NCBI GenBank assembly: GCA_014377015.1
Contig: JACMQL010000030.1
Span: 5,759-69,758 of the forward strand
Source: Actinomycetota bacterium
GTDB lineage: Bacteria; Actinomycetota; Actinomycetes; Nanopelagicales; Nanopelagicaceae
DNA: 64,000 bases
Direction: 5' to 3'
Shown here: in pieces, positions 22,858 through 35,751 of the stretch
Layout: each line of letters begins with the position of its first letter
Numbering within the stretch: the stretch's first letter is position 1
Notes under the pieces: generated by a model
Told to the model about the DNA's origin: nothing
What the model saw: the letters and a program-made list of their open reading frames with translations, nothing else
Database searches by the model: none
Program-made: the position numbers and the translations under genes

Positions 22858-24342
22858 ATGAATGTTTCTGAACGGCCCACCTTCGACTCCCATAATCCCG
22901 TAACGAGTCAACCGATTTTTACATTTCCGATTCAAACGGCAGGGGATGTCCAAGAAGTTGTATCCAAAGCCAAACTCGCTTCCAGCGCGTGGAGGGAACT
23001 CGGCTATGGCGGACGGCGAAAGGTGTTACTTGCTTGGGCTAATTCTCTTACTGAACGCATCGACGAATGCGCCGAACTCATCTCCCTCGAGACTGGAAAG
23101 CCAGTCGGGGATGCAAAATTGGAGGCGGTGTTGGCAATTGGGCATTTGGCATGGTCCGCCCGGAATGCAGAAACCGTGTTGAAAACACAGCAACGACGTC
23201 CCGGATTATTGATGGCCAACATGCAAGCAAAAGTCGAGCGCTCACCGCTGGGAGTTGTCGGGGTCATCGGCCCGTGGAATTATCCAATATTTACTCCGAT
23301 GGGATCTATTTCTTATGCGTTGGCCGCCGGTAACACTGTTGTATTCAAGCCGAGCGAATACGCCCCTGGAGTCGGCACGTGGATCGTAAAATCATTTTCG
23401 GAGATCGCCCCGTGCGAGGGAATTCTTTCGATCATTACTGGTCTGGGCGACACTGGGAGAGCGTTATGCGAAAGTGAAGTGAACAAGGTTGCCTTTACGG
23501 GATCTGCCAAAACTGCAAAACTGGTAGCCGCCGTCTGTGCAACGCGGATGACACCGGTGATTCTCGAATGCGGCGGCAAAGATCCGGTAATCGTCGATGA
23601 GGATGCAGATATTGATCGAGCCGCGGAATACTCACTGTGGTCGGCACTTTCTAACGCCGGACAGACGTGCATAGGCGCCGAACGAATTTACGTACACGAG
23701 AAAGTGGCAGCGCACTTCACATCTGTGATCCTGGAGCAGGCGAAGAATATCCTTCCAGGTGCGCCTGGTACGGGTAACTACGGTCCTGCAACTATGCCAA
23801 AACAACTCGATGTGATCGAGGCACACATAAGTGATGCACTCACCCGTGGCGGCAAGGCGATACTCGGTGGAATGAAATCGATAAAACCCCCATTCGTAGA
23901 GCCAGTAATTCTGACGGGTGTACCGGAAGACTCAATCGCCATGACCGAGGAGACATTCGGGCCGATCATCATTATCAATAAAGTCGCCGATATGGAGCAG
24001 GCGATTTCACTTTCCAATGCCTCCAGTTACGGACTGGCTGCCTCTGTCTGGTCCAAGCGGAACGGAGAAAAAATTGCTTCGCGCTTGCATTGTGGGATGG
24101 TGGCCATTAATTCAACCATTTCATTCGCTGCGGTTGCCTCTGTGCCATTCGGTGGAGTAAAAGAAAGTGGATATGGGCGAATTCACGGACCCGAGGGGCT
24201 CCTCGAATTCACCTACTCTCGCACGGTAGTGCGCGCGCGTTTTCAATTGCCAATTTCCTTCACCAGTTTTAAACGTACGAAATTCGCAGATAAGTTGATT
24301 GTCGGACTTGTGAAGACTCTGCACGGTCGAAGCCTCGGCTAA
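22858..24342 (+). CDS. NAD(P)-dependent aldehyde dehydrogenase family protein
   Basis: Motifs GPWNYP, FTGSAKTAK, LECGGKDP (catalytic Glu), GQTCIGAERIYV (catalytic Cys) and EETFGP. Confidence 0.92.
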   Translation: MNVSERPTFDSHNPVTSQPIFTFPIQTAGDVQEVVSKAKLASSAWRELGYGGRRKVLLAWANSLTERIDECAELISLETGKPVGDAKLEAVLAIGHLAWSARNAETVLKTQQRRPGLLMANMQAKVERSPLGVVGVIGPWNYPIFTPMGSISYALAAGNTVVFKPSEYAPGVGTWIVKSFSEIAPCEGILSIITGLGDTGRALCESEVNKVAFTGSAKTAKLVAAVCATRMTPVILECGGKDPVIVDEDADIDRAAEYSLWSALSNAGQTCIGAERIYVHEKVAAHFTSVILEQAKNILPGAPGTGNYGPATMPKQLDVIEAHISDALTRGGKAILGGMKSIKPPFVEPVILTGVPEDSIAMTEETFGPIIIINKVADMEQAISLSNASSYGLAASVWSKRNGEKIASRLHCGMVAINSTISFAAVASVPFGGVKESGYGRIHGPEGLLEFTYSRTVVRARFQLPISFTSFKRTKFADKLIVGLVKTLHGRSLG

Positions 24343-24650
24343 TAACGAGGGGCGTTTCGAGTTCGCTCAATCCTTGGAGTCCTGTGTGAACGTTTTGTCC
24401 AACAGGCTGTGTGCCAATGCCTACGACTTTCGACATCTTCTTCAATCCATGCAACAACATGTGGAGTGGCCATAGGAATCATTTGATCGCAGCCTGGGCA
24501 CCGATAAGGCTTCGTAGAACTGGATCCAGTGATTCGGCGAACTCTATAAATGCCCTCGGCGTGTTCCTCGATGGATTCGCCAGAAGTTGCGATGTCACGA
24601 TCTTCTGATTTGGGTTTGCGACCCTTCGGGTAATTTCGACGCGGACTCAT
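24339..24650 (-). CDS. Conserved hypothetical small protein with putative Zn site
   Basis: Basic N-terminus, then YRCPGCDQ...RRHWHTACW (CxxC...HxxC). The stop overlaps the convergent ALDH stop by 4 nt. Confidence 0.5.
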   Translation of the reverse strand: MSPRRNYPKGRKPKSEDRDIATSGESIEEHAEGIYRVRRITGSSSTKPYRCPGCDQMIPMATPHVVAWIEEDVESRRHWHTACWTKRSHRTPRIERTRNAPRY

Positions 24651-24655
24651 GTGCC

Positions 24656-24709
24656 TATCATCTCAATACTTTCGTTATTTCCCCATATTCGATGGTCAAT
24701 GAGATGATA
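24656..24709. promoter_or_regulatory. 10-bp inverted repeat pair in a divergent promoter region
   Basis: TATCATCTCA (24656-24665) and TGAGATGATA (24700-24709) are perfect reverse complements 34 nt apart. The right arm ends 5 nt before the ABC ATPase ATG. Confidence 0.4.
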
Positions 24710-24714
24710 TCGCC

Positions 24715-25599
24715 ATGTCTGTCATCGACGTTAAAGACCTTCGCAAGAGCTACAACGGGCTCGCGGCAGTCGATGGGATTGATCTGACTATTTCGCAAGG
24801 CGAGATTTTTGCGCTTCTCGGACCAAACGGCGCCGGCAAAACCACAACCGTAGAAATCCTAGAAGGGTTTCGTTCTCGCGATTCAGGCAACGTAACAGTG
24901 CTTGGCTTTGACCCACAAGCGACAGGAATTGATGCGCGAAGATTTCGCGATCGCATCGGCATCGTTCTGCAGTCGACTTCAGATGCTGGAGATCTGACGG
25001 TTGCAGAGACCGTGCATCATTTCCAGAGTTACTACTCAAATCCGCGCATGGCAGAAGAAGTCATCGCTGCCGTAGGGCTCACGGAAAAAAGTAATTCGCT
25101 GATCCGGGTGCTCTCTGGTGGTCAGCGACGCCGTCTCGATGTGGCCTTAGGAATTGTCGGTAATCCTGAGTTACTTTTTCTAGACGAACCCACCACTGGC
25201 TTTGATCCAGAAGCACGACGTGCTTTTTGGGAACTTGTAAAAGACTTGCGAAATACAGGCACAACGATTTTGTTGACAACTCATTACTTAGACGAAGCTG
25301 AAGCCTTGGCTGATCGAGTCGGAGTGATCAATAGGGGAAAGATTGTTGAGATTGCCGCACCTTCAGAACTGGGCGGACGAGACACTTCAATGGCTTATGT
25401 CCGATGGGTCGTTGACGGTGTGTCGTACGAAGAACGGACCAACTCTCCGACGGCAGTAATACGGCGAATCTCCGCAGATATCAAAGGCGAGATTCCACAG
25501 TTAATAGTTTCTCGACCCTCCCTTGAGGAGATTTATTTGGAGATGATCGGGCACGCCGAAAGCACGGAAATTCTGACCAAAGAAGTTTCAGGCGCATGA
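24715..25599 (+). CDS. ABC transporter ATP-binding protein (ABC-2/DrrA-like exporter)
   Basis: Walker A GPNGAGKTT, signature LSGGQRRR, Walker B LLFLDEPT. Confidence 0.93.
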   Translation: MSVIDVKDLRKSYNGLAAVDGIDLTISQGEIFALLGPNGAGKTTTVEILEGFRSRDSGNVTVLGFDPQATGIDARRFRDRIGIVLQSTSDAGDLTVAETVHHFQSYYSNPRMAEEVIAAVGLTEKSNSLIRVLSGGQRRRLDVALGIVGNPELLFLDEPTTGFDPEARRAFWELVKDLRNTGTTILLTTHYLDEAEALADRVGVINRGKIVEIAAPSELGGRDTSMAYVRWVVDGVSYEERTNSPTAVIRRISADIKGEIPQLIVSRPSLEEIYLEMIGHAESTEILTKEVSGA

Positions 25600-26399
25600 C
25601 CAACTTGCCACCCTTACCTAGCAGCCTCACACTCGGATTGCGGCGCGGAAAGATTGAAATTCGACAATTCGTGCGACAACGCGAATCTGTTGTTTTCACT
25701 CTTTTATTCCCGCTCATCTTGATGGCAATCTTTGGATCCGTTTTCACCGGCGAAATTGCGTTTGGTGTCACATTTAGTCAGTACTTCCTGGCCGGCATGA
25801 TTGCTACAGGATTAGTGAACAGTGGGTTTCAACAACTCGCCATCAACATTCCGATGGAGCGCGATGATGGTTCGCTCAAAAGATTACGTGGGACCCCGAT
25901 GCCTGTTGCCAGCTACTTCATCGGCAAGACAATTCTCGTCCTAGCCAGCATTGTCTTCCAGGTTTTCTTTCTACTGTTAGGCGGATTGATTTTCTTCGAC
26001 ATCAGATTGCCGTCAACCGGTGCAAAATGGTTGATTTTAGCCGCAATTCTCTTTATCGGCACTGCTGGATCAACGGCACTGGGAACGGCATTCTCGTCAA
26101 TTCCGAAAAACGGACGAGGTGCTTCCGCGCTAGTAACGCCGTTGGTTATCGTCTTGCAGTTCTTCAGCGGTGTCTTCTTTGTCTTCACTCAACTCCCCCA
26201 ATGGATGCAGCAGTTTGCCGCGCTTTTCCCACTGAAATGGCTGTGCCAAGGAATCCGTTCGGTATTTCTACCGGACGAGTTCGCACAAAACGAAGTCGCG
26301 CACTCTTGGGAGACTGGTAAAACACTGCTCGTTCTATCTATATGGTTTGTAATAGGGCTGGCATTTTCCATCCGAACATTCAAATGGGATCGAAATTGA
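25596..26399 (+). CDS. ABC-2 type transporter permease
   Basis: Six TM segments and an ATGA overlap with the ATPase gene. Confidence 0.85.
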   Translation: MTNLPPLPSSLTLGLRRGKIEIRQFVRQRESVVFTLLFPLILMAIFGSVFTGEIAFGVTFSQYFLAGMIATGLVNSGFQQLAINIPMERDDGSLKRLRGTPMPVASYFIGKTILVLASIVFQVFFLLLGGLIFFDIRLPSTGAKWLILAAILFIGTAGSTALGTAFSSIPKNGRGASALVTPLVIVLQFFSGVFFVFTQLPQWMQQFAALFPLKWLCQGIRSVFLPDEFAQNEVAHSWETGKTLLVLSIWFVIGLAFSIRTFKWDRN

Positions 26400-26977
26400 A
26401 GCGATACATTACTTATCTCGTAGTTTCCGTTATGGTTTTTTCTGGATCAAGCGCATTTGCAGCAACTTCAAAATGGCCCCCGAAGGGTTTTCGTGCAAAT
26501 GGAGATGTGTATGCAAAAATCCCCACCACAAAGGAACTCACCGCACTTCTCTCAATGAGTAGAACTTTGCGAGCGCAAGCAAAAACGTGTCCGGTCTATG
26601 CATGCGGGGTTGTACAAGTGGCTTCGCGCGTTGGTTGTACCTGGTGGGAAATTAAGTCAACCGTTTATGGACCACGTTCAGCAAAGGATTCAACGCGCAT
26701 TGCACTTGGCTACATGCGAACGACTCTAGGCGCCACTGCACCCAAGAAAATCACCACTGTCTACTTAAGAAGTCGCGCACCCCTGAAACCGAAAATTGTC
26801 GTCGGAGGAATTAACATCTCTTGTTATCACTCACCGAAAATCGAGGAGGTACCAACAACGACGTACAAGCGGGTTATCAGACCAACACCGACTCCTACAC
26901 CCACTGTGACCACATCAGTTTCGCCTTCACCAAGTGAATCGCCGTCAGAGAGCCCTTCATCTTCACCCAGTGAATAG
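26384..26977 (+). CDS. Secreted hypothetical protein with Pro/Thr/Ser-rich C-terminal tail
   Basis: Signal peptide MGSKLKRYITYLVVSVMVFSGSSAFA, four Cys residues, and the tail RPTPTPTPTVTTSVSPSPSESPSESPSSSPSE. Start ATG 26384 overlaps the permease gene by 16 nt. Confidence 0.6.
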   Translation: MGSKLKRYITYLVVSVMVFSGSSAFAATSKWPPKGFRANGDVYAKIPTTKELTALLSMSRTLRAQAKTCPVYACGVVQVASRVGCTWWEIKSTVYGPRSAKDSTRIALGYMRTTLGATAPKKITTVYLRSRAPLKPKIVVGGINISCYHSPKIEEVPTTTYKRVIRPTPTPTPTVTTSVSPSPSESPSESPSSSPSE

Positions 26978-26991
26978 GGGCCGCGACGTAA

Positions 26992-27564
26992 CTATCGATT
27001 CGCTCCTGGAACCCAAAGTTGATCGCCAATTTCGCTATTGGAAGTCCGGGCCAGCACAAAAAGTAGATCTGACAATCGGTTCAGATATTTTGCAGTAAGT
27101 GGATTTACCCCCGCACCGAAAGCATGAATTGCTGCCCAGGTGCGCCGTTCTGCACGTCTGGTTACGGTACGCGCGACATGGAGCAACGCCGATGCCGGAG
27201 TCCCGGACGGGAGAACGAAGGATCGCAATTGCGGAAGTGGCTCGTTGTACTTATCAATTTGTTCTTCGATGTATGTAATTTGGGACTCCAATACCCGAAG
27301 CGGCTCAAAGGCCGGGGCATCACTCACTGGCGTGCACAGGTCAGCTCCCACATCAAAAAGGTCGTTATGGATTCGAACCAGCAGGGCGGCAATATCGGCT
27401 GGGAGATTTCCCATGGCGAGCACTACCCCGATAGAGGAGTTTGCTTCGTCAACAGTTGCGTACGCCTCTAGGCGTGGGTCGTTTTTGGAGGTTCGACTCA
27501 TGTCCCCCAAGGAGGTCGTTCCGTCATCACCAGTTTTTGTATAAATCCGCGTCAAATGAACCAT
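26992..27564 (-). CDS. ATP:cob(I)alamin adenosyltransferase, PduO type
   Basis: N-terminal IYTKTGDDGTTSL and the helical-bundle family pattern. Same neighbourhood as Mtb Rv1314c next to murA. Confidence 0.88.
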   Translation of the reverse strand: MVHLTRIYTKTGDDGTTSLGDMSRTSKNDPRLEAYATVDEANSSIGVVLAMGNLPADIAALLVRIHNDLFDVGADLCTPVSDAPAFEPLRVLESQITYIEEQIDKYNEPLPQLRSFVLPSGTPASALLHVARTVTRRAERRTWAAIHAFGAGVNPLTAKYLNRLSDLLFVLARTSNSEIGDQLWVPGANR

Positions 27565-27662
27565 AGGTAGAGCCTAATCCGACCGTTACGATGAGACCAC
27601 TCGGCATTTGTGCCGCGGCAGATCAGAGTCTTAGCGTCGTGAAATTGTGGAAAGGGTCGCCC

Positions 27663-28931
27663 TTGTCTGAGCGGTTACGAATCGTTGGAGGAGCCAGACT
27701 CGTCGGTGAAGTCCAAGTAACTGGTGCTAAGAACTCAGTTCTCAAATTAATGGCGGCCGCCCTGCTGGCTCCCGGCACGACAACAATTCAGAATGTTCCT
27801 GACATCGCAGATGTCTCTATTATGGCTGAATTACTCACACGCTTAGGTTGCACCGTGCATCGCGAGGCCGGCCTCGTTTCGATCGGAGTGCCTGCGCAAC
27901 CAGGACATCGTGCGGATTATGACCTGGTGCGCAAAATGCGCGCCTCTATCAACGTCCTGGGACCTCTGGTAGCTCGCATTGGCGAAGCTGAAGTCGCGCT
28001 CCCCGGCGGAGATGCCATCGGCTCGCGCGGTTTGGACTTCCATATCAAGGGACTGGAGGCACTCGGAGCCGAAGCCCATAACGAACATGGATACGTCATC
28101 GCTTCTGCCCCTAATGGACTGCGTGGGGCCGAGATTACTTTAGATTTTCCAAGCGTCGGTGCCACCGAGAATTTGCTCACTGCTGCCGTGCTCGCGCAAG
28201 GTACAACAATCATCGATAACGCAGCGCGCGAGCCCGAGGTGGTGGACCTAGGTGAATTTCTCATCACAATGGGCGCCGAAATTAAGGGCTTGGGTACTCC
28301 GACTTTAGTTATCCAAGGCGTCCCACGCTTGCACCCCACTATTCACACAGTGCTGCCTGATCGCATTGTCGCTGGAACGTGGGCCTTTGCAGCGGCGATG
28401 ACTCGTGGAGACATCACTATCCACGGTGGCCGTGCCAGCGATTTGGAAATTCCACTCGAAAAACTCACCTCTGCCGGCGCAATTGTCACTTCTACGGTGG
28501 ACGGTTTTCGCGTCAGGATGGATTCACGACCTCAGTCGATCGACATCGCCACACTCCCCTATCCTGGCTTCCCCACGGACTTGCAACCGATGGTGATCAC
28601 CCTCAATGCAATCGCTGACGGGAATGCCATCGTGACCGAGAATGTTTTTGAAGGTCGTTTCATGTTTGTCAACGAACTCATACGACTCGGAGCCCAGATA
28701 AACGTAGACGGACATCACGCCGCAATTCACGGTGTGGAGCAACTCTCGGGCGCGCCCGTTGCGGCAACGGATATTCGTGCTGGTGCGGGATTAGTGCTCG
28801 CCGGTTTGGTCAGCGATGGAATCACACTTGTAGAAGATTCATTTCATATCGATCGTGGATATCCAAATTTTGTCGAACAACTGCAAGCACTTGGCGCCGA
28901 TGTAACCCGAGAAAGCGGAGACTTACGATGA
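27663..28931 (+). CDS. murA: UDP-N-acetylglucosamine 1-carboxyvinyltransferase
   Basis: Motifs [24 protein letters not shown] and a [11 protein letters not shown] loop. The residue at the catalytic-Cys position appears to be Asp, as in mycobacterial MurA. Preferred start is TTG 27663, 6 nt after GGAAAGGG. GTG 27639 and the long-ORF start 27591 are alternatives. Confidence 0.9.
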   Translation: MSERLRIVGGARLVGEVQVTGAKNSVLKLMAAALLAPGTTTIQNVPDIADVSIMAELLTRLGCTVHREAGLVSIGVPAQPGHRADYDLVRKMRASINVLGPLVARIGEAEVALPGGDAIGSRGLDFHIKGLEALGAEAHNEHGYVIASAPNGLRGAEITLDFPSVGATENLLTAAVLAQGTTIIDNAAREPEVVDLGEFLITMGAEIKGLGTPTLVIQGVPRLHPTIHTVLPDRIVAGTWAFAAAMTRGDITIHGGRASDLEIPLEKLTSAGAIVTSTVDGFRVRMDSRPQSIDIATLPYPGFPTDLQPMVITLNAIADGNAIVTENVFEGRFMFVNELIRLGAQINVDGHHAAIHGVEQLSGAPVAATDIRAGAGLVLAGLVSDGITLVEDSFHIDRGYPNFVEQLQALGADVTRESGDLR

Positions 28932-29890
28932 TCGAACACCTAAATCCAGATCGCAACTTGGCCCTTGAACTTGTGCGAGTGACCGAGACGGCTGCCATCG
29001 CTGGATCAGCATGGGTGGGACGGGGCGATAAGAACCTTGCCGACGATGCCGCCGTTCAAGCCATGCGAAGTCAGATCAACACGGTCGATATGGACGGCTT
29101 CGTGGTGATTGGTGAAGGTGAAAAAGATGACGCCCCAATGCTCCACAACGGCGAACATGTTGGCAACGGCCTCGGACCTGCTTGCGACGTTGCGGTTGAT
29201 CCGATTGATGGAACCTCGCTGACCGCCAATGGCATGAACGGAGCGATCAGCGTGATTGCACTGGCCCCACGAGGCACCATGTATGACCCATCGGCAGTTT
29301 TCTACATGAACAAACTTGTCACTGGCCCTGAGGCGGCCGACGTTGTCGACATCACTTTGCCTGTTGCAGAAAATGTGCGCCGAGTAGCGAAAGCGAAAAG
29401 GATGTCAGTCAATGACGTGACCGTTGTCGTTCTTAATCGCCCGCGACACCAATTGCTCTTGCAAGAACTGCGTGAATCTGGCGCACGCATCCGACTTATC
29501 CAAGATGGTGATGTGGCTGCTGCAATTGAAACAGCTAGACCCGGCACAGGCATAGATATCTTGATGGGCATCGGAGGCACTCCGGAAGGTGTTATTACTG
29601 CAGCCGCTATGACGTGCCTAGGTGGAGTAATCCAAGGGCAACTCTTTCCACGAGATGACGTCGAACGCCAAGGCGCTATCGATGCCGGACATGACCTCAA
29701 CAAAATCTTATTGACGAGAGACTTGATTAACTCACAAGATGTATTTCTCTCCGCTACTGGAATAACAGATGGCGAACTCCTGCGCGGGGTTAGGCACACA
29801 TCCTTCGGAGCAATAAGTCACTCAATTGTGATGCGCGGAAAAAGTCATACGGTGCGAATTATTGAAACAGAACACAATCTGAGGTTCTGA
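28928..29890 (+). CDS. glpX: Class II fructose-1,6-bisphosphatase
   Basis: GlpX blocks ([35 protein letters not shown]). ATGA overlap with murA. Confidence 0.93.
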   Translation: MIEHLNPDRNLALELVRVTETAAIAGSAWVGRGDKNLADDAAVQAMRSQINTVDMDGFVVIGEGEKDDAPMLHNGEHVGNGLGPACDVAVDPIDGTSLTANGMNGAISVIALAPRGTMYDPSAVFYMNKLVTGPEAADVVDITLPVAENVRRVAKAKRMSVNDVTVVVLNRPRHQLLLQELRESGARIRLIQDGDVAAAIETARPGTGIDILMGIGGTPEGVITAAAMTCLGGVIQGQLFPRDDVERQGAIDAGHDLNKILLTRDLINSQDVFLSATGITDGELLRGVRHTSFGAISHSIVMRGKSHTVRIIETEHNLRF

Positions 29891-29897
29891 TTTTTAA

Positions 29898-31412
29898 TTA
29901 ACGATTGTTGATCGCACCAAATATTTTCGGACGTAAGCCTTCGATGTCTAAATCAAAAGGAAAGAATGGTCGCGGCATTTTCTTATACGTGAGCGACGTG
30001 CAGGTCGCCGGCGTCGGCCCAGGTGAATCGATAATAAAAAATTTTCCAGTAATCGGAAGATAGGTCATGAAGTAGTTCATGGGATTCTTTGCCACGATGA
30101 TTTTGTAATTCTTTGGATCCAGCCCCATTGCGCGATATTGCTCATCGTGCCACTCGTAAGTTGGATGAGTGGTCACAAGGATGTCGATTCCGCGAACTCG
30201 CAGCACAGCACTTTGCCCCATTTGGCCCTCTGCGCCATTCCAGATTCCGCCTATGTACGTGAAGTTGCCACTGCCCAACGCAACAACTTCGGCGTGAATA
30301 TCAACCGGCGGTCCCCATTTTGTATCGATCTCGGCACCCACTGAAATGCGAATCCACTGACCCACTCCTGCATTGTGCGCAGCAAGTGCCGCCAAAGGTG
30401 ACACGACGGGATAAAGAGCGGTGAATTCGTTGTCTGACTTAAGCAATGCGTGCAATGTTGCAACACAATCACCCGCTGCACCACCCCCACAACAATCCGC
30501 CGCTTCAGTTAGTACAACCGAAGTTTCACAATCGGCTCCTGCAGCCGCCACTGCTGCATCCGGTGTCCAAACTTCTGGTTCGAACTCAAGTCTTCGATCC
30601 CAATACTCCTGCGCAAGTGCCTCGGCGTATAGCGCAGCAATCTCTGGCTGGTTGTCAGTAATTATGAGTGCACCGCTTCCCATTTCGGGACGATCGATGT
30701 AGGGGTGTACCAAGAAAACACTGCTGCATAACACTTTGCCGCTGTGTTCGAGGTCCTTTGCTTTCTTCATCAAATCGAAAAAGGGTCCCGGTCTCTCCGT
30801 CGAAGCATTTATGGCACTGGTTAGCACGGGAACTTTGGCCATGACCTGAACAGGTTTTACTTCTCCATGAAGAGTGCGCATCATCAAGTTCGCAGCTCTC
30901 TCACCCGTGCGGTGAGAATCCATGTGGGGGTACGTTTCCCAACCAAAAAGCGCAGTTGATAATTGCACCATCTGGTCAGTGACGTGGGCGTGCAGATCCA
31001 ATGTCACCATGATTGGCAACTCATCTCCGACGATCTCCCGAACAGAGTTCAACAAGTAACCTTCGACATCATCAATACTCTGGGCAACCGCTGCTCCGTG
31101 CATAAGCAACAGCACTCCATCTACTGAACCAGCATCTTTGAGGCGTTCGATAATTTCATCATGCAATTCATAAAAACAATCATCAGTGAGTGCGCCACCA
31201 GGACTTGCCGAGGCAAAAAGCAGGGGTACTGGTTCAAACTCCTTATCTTTAGCCAACTCATGCAAAGTTCCGCCGACTATTCCATCAATCCTGTCGAGGA
31301 TTTCGTTGCCACGAAGTAGTTCAGCACGCGCAAAATCGGCAGTACTAATGAAAGTGGAGGTGAAGTCATTGCACTCGGTAAATATCCCTGCGATAACAAT
31401 TCTCTTGACCAT
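29898..31412 (-). CDS. M81 family metallopeptidase (MlrC-like)
   Basis: N-terminal IVIAGIFTECNDF, then DGVLLLMHGAAV, LDLHAHV and ETYPHMDSH, typical of MlrC N- and C-domains. Confidence 0.78.
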   Translation of the reverse strand: MVKRIVIAGIFTECNDFTSTFISTADFARAELLRGNEILDRIDGIVGGTLHELAKDKEFEPVPLLFASASPGGALTDDCFYELHDEIIERLKDAGSVDGVLLLMHGAAVAQSIDDVEGYLLNSVREIVGDELPIMVTLDLHAHVTDQMVQLSTALFGWETYPHMDSHRTGERAANLMMRTLHGEVKPVQVMAKVPVLTSAINASTERPGPFFDLMKKAKDLEHSGKVLCSSVFLVHPYIDRPEMGSGALIITDNQPEIAALYAEALAQEYWDRRLEFEPEVWTPDAAVAAAGADCETSVVLTEAADCCGGGAAGDCVATLHALLKSDNEFTALYPVVSPLAALAAHNAGVGQWIRISVGAEIDTKWGPPVDIHAEVVALGSGNFTYIGGIWNGAEGQMGQSAVLRVRGIDILVTTHPTYEWHDEQYRAMGLDPKNYKIIVAKNPMNYFMTYLPITGKFFIIDSPGPTPATCTSLTYKKMPRPFFPFDLDIEGLRPKIFGAINNR

Positions 31413-31443
31413 GGCTTGTCCAGTCTCGAATTGTGGCTTTTAG

Positions 31444-31709
31444 TTAGTCGGTGCTCTCCGTCAAAATCGAAACACGATCGTTGGAGACGGATAGAAAGCC
31501 ACCATGAATTGAAAATTCGGTGGCTGTTCCATCTTCTGCCGTAATACTTACTTTTCCATCAACGAGTACGCCAAAGAGTGGGGCGTGACCTGGGAGAATT
31601 CCCAAGTCACCTTCAATAGTCCGCGCCGAAACCATACTGGCCTTGCCGGACCACACTCGTTGAGATGGTGAAACCAACTCAACTGATAAGAGTGCTGGCG
31701 ACTCTGACA

Positions 31710-31710
<1 letters not shown>
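31444..31710 (-). CDS. atpC: F1 ATP synthase epsilon subunit, beta-sandwich domain only (88 aa)
   Basis: LSVELVSP...VWSGKA..V.ART.EGDLGILPGHAPL matches the epsilon N-terminal domain. The start shares 1 nt with the atpD stop. Only 31 nt separate its stop from the next gene. Confidence 0.88.
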
Positions 31711-34045
<2,335 letters not shown>

Positions 34046-34049
34046 GTTG

Positions 34050-35690
34050 TTACTTCTTCACCGGTGCCTGAACGTACCTGGTCACTTGCTCATTAACTTC
34101 AGAATCCAACGCATCTTCGGGCATCTCATATAGTGCCTGAGCTTTTGAGGATACAAAGCGAGTCTTGAATGCGCTAACCCCCTCCTTCATGGCAGCAATC
34201 GTGTCATCGGTTAGCTCTTTGGTCTCAGAGATTACGTCGAAGATCGCCTTGCGCTCGCGGCCAATAAACTCAAGTAATTCAGCCTCAAAGCGGCGAATAT
34301 CGGCAATATCGACTGAATCAAGTTGTCCGGTGGTGCCGGCCCAAATCGAAACAATCTGCTTCTCAAGTGAGTAAGGCGAGTACTGACCTTGCTTAAGAAG
34401 TTCAACCATACGAGCACCTCGCTCTAGTTGTGCCTTTGAAGCAGCATCAAGATCGGAACCGAAAGCAGAGAATGCTTCCAACTCGCGGAACTGTGCCAAG
34501 TCAAGCCGCAAGCGTCCAGCAATCTTTTTCATTGCCTTGGTCTGAGCAGAACTACCAACGCGCGATACCGATACACCAACGTTAATAGCTGGGCGAACAC
34601 CCGCATTGAAAAGGTCTGTCTCAAGGAAGCACTGACCGTCAGTAATAGAAATTACGTTGGTAGGAATAAACGCAGAAACGTCATTTCCCTTTGTCTCAAT
34701 GATTGGTAAACCAGTCATCGAACCGCCACCGAGTTCGTCGGAGAGTTTTGCGCAACGCTCAAGGAGACGTGAGTGTAAGTAGAAAACATCTCCTGGATAG
34801 GCTTCGCGGCCCGGTGGGCGGCGAAGAAGAAGTGAGACCGAGCGATAAGCCTCAGCTTGCTTCGAAAGATCATCAAAAACGATAAGTACGTGTTGTCCTG
34901 CATACATCCAATGCTGTCCGATAGAAGAACCGGTGTAAGGCGCCAAGTACTTAAAGCCGGCTGGGTCGGATGCAGGAGATGCAACGATGGTGGTGTACTC
35001 CATTGCGCCAGCCTCTTCGAGAGAAGCCTTTACGGATGCAATTGTTGAACCCTTTTGACCGATAGCCACATAAATACACTTAACTTGCTTCTTTGGATCT
35101 CCAGAGAGCCAGTTCTCGCGCTGGTTAATAATGGTGTCCACGGCAACTGCTGTTTTGCCAGTCTGGCGGTCACCGATAATCAACTGACGCTGTCCGCGAC
35201 CAATGGCGGTCATTGCGTCGATCGCCTTAATTCCAGTAGCCAGTGGTTCTTTAACTGGCTGGCGTTGCACTACAGAAGGTGCCTGAAGTTCGAGGATACG
35301 ACGTGCATCAGCCACGATTTCGCCCTTGCCGTCGATTGGACGACCAAGTGGATCAACTACGCGACCGAGGAATCCGTCTCCCACTGGAACAGAGAGAATT
35401 TCGCCTGTTCGACGAACTGAGGTTCCTTCTTCAATGCCTTCGTAACTGCCAAGGATAACTACGCCGATTTCGCGCACATCGAGGTTGAGAGCGAGACCAA
35501 GAGTTCCGTTCTCAAATTGCAGAAGCTCGTTAGCCATTGTCGAAGGCAAGCCTTCAATGCGAGCGATGCCGTCTCCTGCCTGAGTGACAGTTCCGACCTC
35601 ATCACGTGCGGCGACACCGGGATCGTAGGACTTAACGAAGTCCGCGAGAGCATCGCGAATTTCCTCGGGTCGGATCGTTAGCTCGGCCAT
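34050..35690 (-). CDS. atpA: F1 ATP synthase alpha subunit
   Basis: Walker A GDRQTGKT, full-length alpha pattern, and strong RBS GAGGGAG. Confidence 0.98.
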   Translation of the reverse strand: MAELTIRPEEIRDALADFVKSYDPGVAARDEVGTVTQAGDGIARIEGLPSTMANELLQFENGTLGLALNLDVREIGVVILGSYEGIEEGTSVRRTGEILSVPVGDGFLGRVVDPLGRPIDGKGEIVADARRILELQAPSVVQRQPVKEPLATGIKAIDAMTAIGRGQRQLIIGDRQTGKTAVAVDTIINQRENWLSGDPKKQVKCIYVAIGQKGSTIASVKASLEEAGAMEYTTIVASPASDPAGFKYLAPYTGSSIGQHWMYAGQHVLIVFDDLSKQAEAYRSVSLLLRRPPGREAYPGDVFYLHSRLLERCAKLSDELGGGSMTGLPIIETKGNDVSAFIPTNVISITDGQCFLETDLFNAGVRPAINVGVSVSRVGSSAQTKAMKKIAGRLRLDLAQFRELEAFSAFGSDLDAASKAQLERGARMVELLKQGQYSPYSLEKQIVSIWAGTTGQLDSVDIADIRRFEAELLEFIGRERKAIFDVISETKELTDDTIAAMKEGVSAFKTRFVSSKAQALYEMPEDALDSEVNEQVTRYVQAPVKK

Positions 35691-35713
35691 GTGTATCTCC
35701 CTCTAGTTTCTTT

Positions 35714-35749
35714 AGCAGTTCTTTTAGCAGTTCTTCGAGCGGTTCAGAG
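35714..35749. repeat. Three tandem copies of a 12-nt unit in the atpH-atpA spacer
   Basis: AGCAGTTCTTTT / AGCAGTTCTTCG / AGCGGTTCAGAG on the + strand, between the atpH stop (35752) and the atpA RBS. Confidence 0.6.
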
Positions 35750-35751
35750 CG

